From Deltaproteobacteria bacterium (lineage in GTDB: Bacteria; Acidobacteriota; Thermoanaerobaculia; Multivoradales; JAHZIX01), in contig JAHZIX010000006.1 of NCBI GenBank assembly GCA_022601195.1, forward strand, positions 16,629 through 80,628: a stretch of DNA of 64,000 nucleotides, written 5' to 3'. The translations under genes and the position numbers were made by a program. Numbering within the stretch: position 1 is the stretch's first letter; every line of letters starts with the position of its first letter. Under the pieces are notes generated by a model that did no database searches, was not told the origin of the DNA, and was given only the letters and a program-made list of their open reading frames with translations. Positions 24,793 through 32,725 of the stretch are shown piece after piece.

Positions 24793-25994
24793 TTCTCCTC
24801 GTAGCGCCGCCGTGAAGCTCGAGCCAGGTGACGATACAGGTCGGGGGTCTTGACGAGACCAGTGACGGCGTCGGCAAAATCTATCGCAGAGCTTCCCAAA
24901 GGGAGAAGCAGGCCGGTTTCTTCGTGGAGGACGATCTCATTGACGCCATCCGTGTCATGGGTGATCACCGGGAGGCCGTGAGCCGCAGCCTCCGCGAAGG
25001 CCAGGCCGAAACCTTCTGCGGCGGTAGGAAGGACGAGGAGCTGACATTTTGCAAAGAGCTCCCCGAGGCGAGCTAGATCTTTGGGTCGATTCTTGTCCAA
25101 GAGTCCGTAGTAGACCACCGACTCGTCCTGCGACCGGTCTGGAGACTGGCCTTGAGACGGGCCCTGAAGCGAGGCTTGAGATACGCCTTGGGGTTCGCCG
25201 CCCGCTGCATGCAGCACTGCTTCGTACCCTTGGCGCCGAAGCACCCGACAGCACTCGACGGCCAAGGGGCCTCCTTTGCCGAGCCAATCTTTGCCCAGGA
25301 AGAGCAGGTCGAGACGAGTTTTGCCGGTCGATCCTTTGGGTAGATCCGTGACGGACCGAGTTCTTGAGAGTTCAGCTCCCGGGTCGTCGACGTTGGCACC
25401 GAAGGGAACCACTGCGAGGCGCTGGGCAAGATCCGGGTCATAGGCTAGGGCCTCTCTCATCTGCCATCGTCCGGGAAAAATACTGATCGCTGCCTTTGCC
25501 AAACCAGCGCCGATGGTTCTCAAGCTGAAAGCCGTGCTCAAGGGAGAGAGTCCGGCCAGACGCGGGTTGGTACGTTTTGCTGGTTCCTTGGAAATCATGC
25601 TGTCGGTGTAGAGAACGACAGGGCGCTCTGTTGGACAGTAGGCTGCCAGGCCATAGTCGGAAGTGAGCAAGAAGTCGTAGTCCAACCCGGCCAGGCTCGG
25701 CCCGAGGCTACGTCCCAGTCGGCGGGCAAATAGTGGATCTTGAAAGGTTCGGTAGCCCGAGCCTTGGCGCCGGCTAAGTCCCTTGAAGATGCGAGTGGCA
25801 ACGGGGAGCTCGACCTCTCCGGGCTGCAGAAAATGTACCGTATGACCCTGTCGTTCGAGCTCTTGGCCGAGGAAATACCAGGTGCCGGAGCCGCGGCGAA
25901 CGTCGCGAGCATCGAAGAGGTTCGCGTAGGCGATGCGCAGAGTCAAGGTTCGTAGAGCAGGCGGTAGGTGAGCGTGTTGATTCTCTTGAGCCAT
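24717..25994 (-). CDS. Glycosyltransferase family 4
   Basis: LLVLPTAAEGFGLAFAEAAAHGLPVITHDTDGVNEIV is a GT4 C-domain motif. A Gln/Ser/Pro low-complexity insertion is present. The probable start is Met64 (MAQENQ); the ORF extends to 26183. Confidence 0.8.
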   Translation of the reverse strand: MAQENQHAHLPPALRTLTLRIAYANLFDARDVRRGSGTWYFLGQELERQGHTVHFLQPGEVELPVATRIFKGLSRRQGSGYRTFQDPLFARRLGRSLGPSLAGLDYDFLLTSDYGLAAYCPTERPVVLYTDSMISKEPAKRTNPRLAGLSPLSTAFSLRTIGAGLAKAAISIFPGRWQMREALAYDPDLAQRLAVVPFGANVDDPGAELSRTRSVTDLPKGSTGKTRLDLLFLGKDWLGKGGPLAVECCRVLRRQGYEAVLHAAGGEPQGVSQASLQGPSQGQSPDRSQDESVVYYGLLDKNRPKDLARLGELFAKCQLLVLPTAAEGFGLAFAEAAAHGLPVITHDTDGVNEIVLHEETGLLLPLGSSAIDFADAVTGLVKTPDLYRHLARASRRRYEENWTWKIATERLLLEIESRLPREGTL

Positions 25995-26971
25995 CGCCGC
26001 AGATATCGGTTGCTGACCCGGGGCCGGGAGTGGCTCTGCTGGTCTGTTGCCTCGTTTTTGGCAGGCAATCCTGAGGCGTCGAAGAGGCGAGGGTCCACAT
26101 CGATTCCCTCCGGCATGGCTGCAAAGCTTGGGGCAGCGTTGCCGAGGTGATGAATGCGGTAACCGGTGGTGGAGAGACGCCAAAACCCAAGAGCATCCAC
26201 TCGCTTCTCCAGCACCGGGCTATAGACCGGGTCATAGTACTCACCGGGCTCCGTCACTTGAAGGGGCAGGACCTGTTCCAACACCTTGCGTCGGGTGGTG
26301 AATTGAAAATCTTGAGCCGAGACAAAGGCACTGACCCCTCGCCGGGTGATCTGTACATCCTGACGGTTCAGCAGTCGACTCGCGTACTCCTCGGAACTGG
26401 ATCCAAGGCTGATGCGGTGGGCTTCGATATGAGCCTCGGGGATAAGGTCCGGACCCTCCTGCAAGGTGAGGTCTTCGCTTCGGCGTACCGCCTCTCGGGT
26501 GCCGGAACAATGTCGGTCTGCGGTATCGGCCGTGGGCAGGGCTGTGACCTGGCCAGCTTCCGGGAAGGCATCGAGAACCGCCAGGGTCTCATCGAGCCAG
26601 CCGGGTAGGAAGAGGACGTCGCTATCGGCGAAGGAGATGATCTCTCCTGGAGCCACCTGCAGCAGAAAATTGAGCGCTCCCAATTTGCGCAGATTGTGTT
26701 GCGAGAGGATCAGGCATTGAATGACCCCTTGTCGTCGCAGTTCCAGAAGGTAGTCCTGAATTTCGGTACAACTGCCATTGTCGAAGACATAGAGGTCAAA
26801 GGGGTGATCGGTATTTTCTTTCAGGCTGCGGAAGAACAGTCGAAGCACGGAGAAGCTCTCAGCCCAGAAGCCCTCTAGCACCGGCACATGGACGATGGTG
26901 GTGATGGTGATTCTCTGGGCCTTGGGTTGCTCGTGGAGCCACTTCATAGGGTTCTGGCCAACTCGTGACAT
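25943..26971 (-). CDS. Glycosyltransferase family 2 (GT-A)
   Basis: FDLYVFDNGS and ISFADSDVLF (DxD) are present. 342 aa. Confidence 0.6.
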   Translation of the reverse strand: MSRVGQNPMKWLHEQPKAQRITITTIVHVPVLEGFWAESFSVLRLFFRSLKENTDHPFDLYVFDNGSCTEIQDYLLELRRQGVIQCLILSQHNLRKLGALNFLLQVAPGEIISFADSDVLFLPGWLDETLAVLDAFPEAGQVTALPTADTADRHCSGTREAVRRSEDLTLQEGPDLIPEAHIEAHRISLGSSSEEYASRLLNRQDVQITRRGVSAFVSAQDFQFTTRRKVLEQVLPLQVTEPGEYYDPVYSPVLEKRVDALGFWRLSTTGYRIHHLGNAAPSFAAMPEGIDVDPRLFDASGLPAKNEATDQQSHSRPRVSNRYLRRWLKRINTLTYRLLYEP

Positions 26972-28261
26972 TCAATCACCTCGTCCGTGAGCTTGGTGCC
27001 ACTGATGATGCACCAAAAAGCTGCCATGGCGTTGGCCGATGGGGGCCTGTCCACTGCCGAAGGCATTGCCTTCCACCAGATTGAATTGGAAGGCCTCTTT
27101 GACATTGTCGGAGAACTCTCCATTCACGGAGCAACCTAAAGAGACGGTGTAGACGCCAGCCGCTAGGGGAATCGAAGGCATTTGGCAGTGGATTTTTCCT
27201 TCGGGCGGCAACGTTTCGAATCGTCCGACATCAGTGAAGTGAGTCGATAGAGTAAAGAGTAGATTGCCGATGTGGTCAGCGACGTGTATTTGGGCCAAGA
27301 CTTTGATCAGAGGTTTGCCGTCGGTGGAGCGGTAGCCGATCTCGAAGACACCCGAATCGCCGGAGCGTAGGGAACCGCTTTGGGTACCGTCCGGGTCGGT
27401 CAGTCGAATGCTTTGGAAGCGCATCGGGCCCGCCCCACGGCGATCGGTCCGATCTCCTAGAGGTATTGCTAGCTGAGTGGAGACCTTGGCCATGTATTGG
27501 GTGATGACTTCGTCGGTAGGACCGTAGGCCTCCAAACGGCCCCTTTCCAGCATTAAGGTGGTCGGGCAAAGGTGGGAAATAGCACCTAGATTGTGACTGA
27601 CCAAGAGCACGGTGCGACCTTGTCCAGCCACCTCTCCCATTTTACCCAGGCATTTTTTTTGAAAGGCGGCATCTCCCACTGCCAGCACTTCATCTACCAG
27701 TAGAATCTCCGGTTCCAAATGAGCAGCTACGGCAAATGCTAGCCGTAGGTACATGCCGCTCGAGTAGTGCTTGACCGGAGTGTCGATGAACTTTTCGAGC
27801 TCCGCGAAGTCAACGATCTCCTCGAACTTCTTCAGAATCTCGCCCCGGCCCATGCCGAGGATCGCCCCATTCAGAAAGATATTCTCTCTACCGGTGAGCT
27901 CCGGGTGAAAGCCGGTGCCGACCTCGAGCAGGGAGCCGACTCGGCCTCGGATTCGCGCTAGCCCGGCGGAAGGCTCGGTGATACGTGAGAGAATTTTGAG
28001 CAGTGTGCTCTTGCCTGCTCCATTGCGGCCGATAATACCCACCACCGCCCCTTCCGGAATGGCGAAAGAGATTTCCTGGAGGGCCCAGAAACTTTCGTGG
28101 AGGTCCGCTGCTCCGGTCGCATGACCCTTGAGTAAGTTTCCTACCCGCCGAAACGGGCTCGCTGCTAGCTCGACGAGCGTTTCTCGCAAAGTGCGGTACC
28201 GCTCCTGCTTGCCAATGAAGTAGCGCTTGCCGAGATCTTCCGCGAGGATGGCGTCATTCAT
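26972..28261 (-). CDS. wzt: ABC transporter ATP-binding protein Wzt with C-terminal carbohydrate-binding (Wzt_C-like) domain
   Basis: GRNGAGKSTLLKIL is Walker A, YSSGMYLRLAFAVA is the signature motif and LLVDEVLAVGD is Walker B. A ~165-aa C-terminal extension (FQSIRLTDPDGTQSGSLRSGDSGVFEIGYRS...) follows. The start MNDAIL lies 2 nt after the wzm stop; the ORF track extends spuriously to 28585. Confidence 0.9.
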   Translation of the reverse strand: MNDAILAEDLGKRYFIGKQERYRTLRETLVELAASPFRRVGNLLKGHATGAADLHESFWALQEISFAIPEGAVVGIIGRNGAGKSTLLKILSRITEPSAGLARIRGRVGSLLEVGTGFHPELTGRENIFLNGAILGMGRGEILKKFEEIVDFAELEKFIDTPVKHYSSGMYLRLAFAVAAHLEPEILLVDEVLAVGDAAFQKKCLGKMGEVAGQGRTVLLVSHNLGAISHLCPTTLMLERGRLEAYGPTDEVITQYMAKVSTQLAIPLGDRTDRRGAGPMRFQSIRLTDPDGTQSGSLRSGDSGVFEIGYRSTDGKPLIKVLAQIHVADHIGNLLFTLSTHFTDVGRFETLPPEGKIHCQMPSIPLAAGVYTVSLGCSVNGEFSDNVKEAFQFNLVEGNAFGSGQAPIGQRHGSFLVHHQWHQAHGRGD

Positions 28262-28263
28262 GA

Positions 28264-29160
28264 TTAGACGACATCCGCAAAAGTCTTTTCCATGCGCCGA
28301 AAGTACAGCAAGCCGGTCACCAGGAGCACCAGGGTTGCGATCGAAGAGGTCAGCACCAGACTGAATATCGGGGCGTCGAGTCCGAGCAGAGCCCATCGGA
28401 ATCCCTCGACGACACCGACCATGGGGTTCAATGCATAGATCCACACGGGGATGCCCATCTCCTCGAGCTTGGGCGCGACCTCTGCGGTGGAGTAGATCAC
28501 TGGCGTGACGAAAAGGAGGAGCTGGGTAAAGAAAGGGATGACATAGCGGATATCTCGGAATTGGACGTTCAAGGCAGAAAGCCAAAGGCCTGCCCCGAGT
28601 GCGCTACCGAAGGCCAGGAGAGCCAGGAACGGCAACCAAACAACCATCGCCGTGGGGCGGGTGCCGTAGTAAGCCATCATGGGGAAGAGAATCAGAAACG
28701 CTAGAACGAAATCAACGGCGGGAGCAAGGGCTGAAGCGATCGGGATGGCGAGACGAGGAAAATAAACTTTCTTGATCAGGTTTTGGCTTCCCACCAGGCT
28801 ATTGGACGATTGGGTCAAGCCGAGGGAAAAGAAAGTCCAGGGGAGTAGTCCCGCATAGGAAAAGATGGGGTAGGCGATTCCCTCTGGCCCCAACTGGGCC
28901 ACCCGCCCGAAGAAGATGGTGAACACGACCATGGTCAATAAAGGCTGGAGAATCGCCCAGGAGGCACCAAGGACCGTCTGCTTGTATCGAACCTTGATGT
29001 CCCGCCACACCAAGAAGTAGAGCAGGGCTCGGTAGTCCCACAACTCGCCCAACCGCAAGGAAACCCAGCCGGAAGAGGGCTGGATGAGGGTCTCGGCAAT
29101 GGCCGAGATACGCGGTTGATTATCCATGAGCTGCGGCTTACTTTCGGGAGGCAAAATCAA
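28264..29160 (-). CDS. wzm: ABC-2 type polysaccharide export permease Wzm
   Basis: LWDYRALLYFLVWRDIKVRYKQTVLGASWAILQPLLTMVVF is the canonical Wzm/KpsM/TagG N-terminus. Six TM helices. Confidence 0.85.
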   Translation of the reverse strand: MILPPESKPQLMDNQPRISAIAETLIQPSSGWVSLRLGELWDYRALLYFLVWRDIKVRYKQTVLGASWAILQPLLTMVVFTIFFGRVAQLGPEGIAYPIFSYAGLLPWTFFSLGLTQSSNSLVGSQNLIKKVYFPRLAIPIASALAPAVDFVLAFLILFPMMAYYGTRPTAMVVWLPFLALLAFGSALGAGLWLSALNVQFRDIRYVIPFFTQLLLFVTPVIYSTAEVAPKLEEMGIPVWIYALNPMVGVVEGFRWALLGLDAPIFSLVLTSSIATLVLLVTGLLYFRRMEKTFADVV

Positions 29161-29216
29161 AGAAGGCGTCCGCCATGTAGCGGACGCCTCATTCGTACAA
29201 GCTCTCTATCGAGGGC

Positions 29217-30092
29217 CTACGGGGCCGATGGTGAAACCGGCGGATCGTCTCTATTCGAAATAACGATGGCGGGGGGAACCAGCAAGGCCGGAATGAGAAT
29301 TTCCTTCTTTTTCCACCAGGCGATGACGCAAGCGCGACAGTGGTCGTCCGCGCGCAAGATGTCGAGGGGGTTGATTCGACTGACGATGCCATCGCAGAGC
29401 CAGTGGAAAACCCGTTCTCCCCGTTCCCATTCAGCGGTTTCACCGATGGTGAGGTTCTCGGATTCGCCTTCCTGCTGCTCGGTCAACTCGACTTCACAGT
29501 CGTCCCGGACCTCGACTACTTTCATGTCCGATCGAGCTATGCGTTTGCCGGCGTCGTCGTACACGGTCCCGAAGTACTCGGCTGGCTCGTTTTCGAGCCC
29601 TTCGAGCCATTCCTGGAGAGTCGCGTCATCGAGAGCTTCTAGCCACTCCCTCGGCTCATTTCGACCTTGAGCAGAGCGCTCTTCGATGAGCTCTTGGTCG
29701 AGGTCATCGTTGGGGTCTCGGTCATCGACTGTGACCTTGGTGCGCCACCATTCCGCCCAACCTTCGTCGGGGTTGTCGTCGTCGTCGAAATCCCCCTCGA
29801 GATCCCGTTCTTCAAGTTCTTCGTCCTCGGCTTCCGGTAAGACAGCCCAATACCGGCCACCACCACTGGGCCGTGCAACAACGTAGTAGAAATCCTCGAC
29901 TTCCTCGTGGAGGCGTCGGAAATATATGCGGACAGAGCTTCCTCCGGGAGCATTCTCTACGGTCGCGGTCACTAGGCCGTTCTCGGCGATTGGTAGGCAT
30001 TCAGCCTGATCGACCGAGACGGAAACCTCCTGCGCGGCCAGCAGTTGGCTTCCCATGAAGGCCAAGATTGTCATCAATAGGTACCGATGCAC
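29217..30092 (-). CDS. Secreted acidic hypothetical protein
   Basis: Signal peptide MHRYLLMTILAFMGSQLLAAQE. An Asp/Glu-rich middle region follows, then Cys pairs (HCRAC) and a hydrophobic C-terminal segment. No family recognised. Confidence 0.4.
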   Translation of the reverse strand: MHRYLLMTILAFMGSQLLAAQEVSVSVDQAECLPIAENGLVTATVENAPGGSSVRIYFRRLHEEVEDFYYVVARPSGGGRYWAVLPEAEDEELEERDLEGDFDDDDNPDEGWAEWWRTKVTVDDRDPNDDLDQELIEERSAQGRNEPREWLEALDDATLQEWLEGLENEPAEYFGTVYDDAGKRIARSDMKVVEVRDDCEVELTEQQEGESENLTIGETAEWERGERVFHWLCDGIVSRINPLDILRADDHCRACVIAWWKKKEILIPALLVPPAIVISNRDDPPVSPSAP

Positions 30093-30183
30093 GGTCTCCC
30101 CCCCTCTTTACTCCAAGATCGTCGGATCATATAAGTAGAAACAATATCCTATCAAACTAGGTGTTCGCAGCAAAAAATCCGGA

Positions 30184-31740
30184 CTAGCTACCAGATTCGC
30201 TGAGTATCTTCTCTATATAGTCTTCCACGAACGAAGTTCGTTGCAATTTTGGCAAAGCTCGTTCGAGGGCTCCTTCTGCTGCTACCGGATCGCCGGATTC
30301 GTAGAAAGATATAGCCATAAAGAAAAGCAGGTTTGGACGGTTGTCGCCGGGGTCGCCGCCGCGGCGAAAATAGGTTGCTGACTTCTCCCAAAGAGAGCCT
30401 CGATAGGCAATCTCGGCTACCAAGTGTTGAGCTCTTCGAGATTGAGGAAAAGCGTCGGCTACAGATTGAGCCAGAGTCAAAGCCGGTTCAAGGTCGGCGA
30501 CCTTCTTGGCGTTGGACAAGAGGCTTCGCGCCTCTACCAGGCGGGCCTCATCTTCGGAGCTGAGATTCTTGGGAGCCGGTGAGGTTCGGGGAGCCGGGGG
30601 CGTCAGCTCTGTATTTTGGGATGCTGATGTAGGTCTACGCCCGCCACCCTTTTCCTCAGCAGCTCTTCTCGCAACATCCTCGCCCTCGAGACGAGGATCG
30701 TCCGGGACTCTTTGGGTCGCGACTTGGCTGGCGGCGGGACTTTTCTGGTCCATTGAAGCCGCAGGTGGGTCGAAAGAAGGCAGGTGGTTTTCGTCCCTAG
30801 CTACTGGCTCTGAGGCGAGGTCAGCAAGATCTTCACCGGATGCCTCAAGTTCTTCTTGTCGCTGGGCCTCTTGCCTTTTGAGACCCTTCTCAATGCGCCG
30901 GCCTAGGCGGGTAAACTCTCTTTGAGAGCGCACCGATGGTTCGAGGGCTAAAAGGGTGGCATTCGCCTGTTCCCAGGATTCCATTTCGGTCAGGCAACTG
31001 ACTAGCGGGGAGGCAAACCGGGCCTGGAGCCGTGTCTCGGGACAGATTGTGAGGTCGGTGATGGCTTCGGTGCACCGTTGCATTTCGGCCAGAGTTTGAC
31101 CGCGAAGGCAATGGGCTTGCTCCGACTCTTTGCCTTCAGAGATGAGCTGGTCTAACAAAGGGAGGGCCTCCTGCCTCAGCCCTTCTTCTAGGGTCAGCTT
31201 CGCTAACTGAAGGCGCCACTTCGGTTCTTCCGGTTCGATTTGAGCTCGTTCCGAGAGCGCTTCGCGTCGTTGAGATTTGGGTAGAGCAGCAATGCGTTCG
31301 ACCGCCTTCTCTTTGGCTAGATCCGCAAAGGCAGGAAAGGTCGAGAGCTCCGCTTCTGGGACGAGGTTTCTGACCGTTTCGACGAAGCTACTCTGTAGGG
31401 ATGGAGGGAAAGAATTCTTGGAGTAGGCCTCGAACTGATTTTCGATTTCCATCAGTTTGCGAAATGTGGACCGAAACTCATCCGGATCCCCAGCCCTAGC
31501 ATGGGTCAGAGAAAGTCTGGCCAAACCTTCTGCCAGGAGGTTTGGTTCATCCAAAAATCCGAAATTCGCCAACCGGAGCAGATCTTGAGCTTCTTGGAAG
31601 TCACCACGCTCAGAGGCGGCAATGCCATCTCGTAGGAGGTTTGTGTAGAAGGGGTCTGCTGCTCTCGAGAGGCCAGGAACAGCGAAGCAGAGAAGAAGAA
31701 AGACCAAGAGGAGCTTGCTCAAAGAGGATCGAGAGCCCAT
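30184..31740 (-). CDS. Secreted TPR-repeat protein
   Basis: The probable start is at the signal peptide MGSRSSLSKLLLVFLLLCFAVPGLSRA (Met38 of the ORF). The helical repeat content includes ...DPVAAEGALERALPKLQ.... Confidence 0.5.
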   Translation of the reverse strand: MGSRSSLSKLLLVFLLLCFAVPGLSRAADPFYTNLLRDGIAASERGDFQEAQDLLRLANFGFLDEPNLLAEGLARLSLTHARAGDPDEFRSTFRKLMEIENQFEAYSKNSFPPSLQSSFVETVRNLVPEAELSTFPAFADLAKEKAVERIAALPKSQRREALSERAQIEPEEPKWRLQLAKLTLEEGLRQEALPLLDQLISEGKESEQAHCLRGQTLAEMQRCTEAITDLTICPETRLQARFASPLVSCLTEMESWEQANATLLALEPSVRSQREFTRLGRRIEKGLKRQEAQRQEELEASGEDLADLASEPVARDENHLPSFDPPAASMDQKSPAASQVATQRVPDDPRLEGEDVARRAAEEKGGGRRPTSASQNTELTPPAPRTSPAPKNLSSEDEARLVEARSLLSNAKKVADLEPALTLAQSVADAFPQSRRAQHLVAEIAYRGSLWEKSATYFRRGGDPGDNRPNLLFFMAISFYESGDPVAAEGALERALPKLQRTSFVEDYIEKILSESGS

Positions 31741-32002
31741 TGTGGTGGAAGAACTCCTAGGAAACCTTCCTATCTGGTAGCGCCCACGGCAGGACGACGG
31801 TCGCTTCTTGCAAGGACCGGTCTCTGAATGGGATTCGGGCAACTGAATCATTTATCGACTTTTTCCACTGGGTGGCCTGATATTTCCAAAATCGAAGCTT
31901 CGACCCGTAGAATTTATAGCAAGAGCCGTACCAAGGACTAATTTCTCTGCTCTTCTCAATTTTTTTAATTGGCGGTGTGCCATCTTACTGGCCTCCGCCT
32001 AG

Positions 32003-32725
32003 CTAGGGTATGGGTTGATTGTTCACGACCCTCGTAGGGTTCGTCGTGGTCAACAATGTGGCTACTTCTGGGCTCCAGCGGTCCGCTACATGGTCGTAGG
32101 CTCGCAATAGCCCTGGGGGGCGACGCTCAATTCCGTGGCAGTCGCTGGCGATAAAGTGAGCGAGGGATGTCTCGATGAGCCGCCGGGCCGATTCCCGTGG
32201 ACGACGCCCGAATTCTCCCGTGAGGCTCATCGCAGTAATTTGTAGTCGTGCGCCCAGGTGAACCAGGTTTTCCAATCGGGGTAAATCCCCAGCTAGCCAT
32301 GGCAGCAGCTCCGGGTGCGCAAGAATTGGCCTCCAGCCGCCAACTACCAACTCATGGACGATATGTTCCGGCTCCGGCCCTGTTCCGGACCGCGAAAATT
32401 CGATCAGCAGATATTGGGTGTCTGCGATGGGAAGAAAACCGCCGCCGGGCCAAGATTCGGCTTCTGACAACCATTCCGAATCGACTCGGATCTCTCCGCC
32501 AGGCAACAGAGTGGGACTCTCCCCAATCTCCTCTTGAAGGCGGTTGCGGAGCTCCGTCAAGCTCTGCCGGTCTCCATTCCACCAGCGAGGGTGACGCTGG
32601 TGGGGAGTCGCAACCATAGCGGTACAGCCCTGTTCACCAGCGAAACGAACCATGGCGACGGCTTCTTCGAAGCTATCGGCGCCATCGTCGATCCCGGGGA
32701 GGATGTGGCAATGAAGATCGATCAT
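32003..32725 (-). CDS. PHP-family protein-tyrosine phosphatase (CpsB/YwqE type; Wzb functional analogue)
   Basis: MIDLHCHILPGIDDGA N-terminus and ...IASDCHG... metal-binding residues. 240 aa. Confidence 0.9.
   Translation of the reverse strand: MIDLHCHILPGIDDGADSFEEAVAMVRFAGEQGCTAMVATPHQRHPRWWNGDRQSLTELRNRLQEEIGESPTLLPGGEIRVDSEWLSEAESWPGGGFLPIADTQYLLIEFSRSGTGPEPEHIVHELVVGGWRPILAHPELLPWLAGDLPRLENLVHLGARLQITAMSLTGEFGRRPRESARRLIETSLAHFIASDCHGIERRPPGLLRAYDHVADRWSPEVATLLTTTNPTRVVNNQPIP

Noticed and set aside
26972-28585. Taking the full 537-aa ORF as Wzt
   Set aside because: The first 108 codons overlap wzm and have no ABC-like sequence. The MNDAIL start sits 2 nt after the wzm stop and gives a normal Wzt N-terminus, so the gene was trimmed to 26972-28261.
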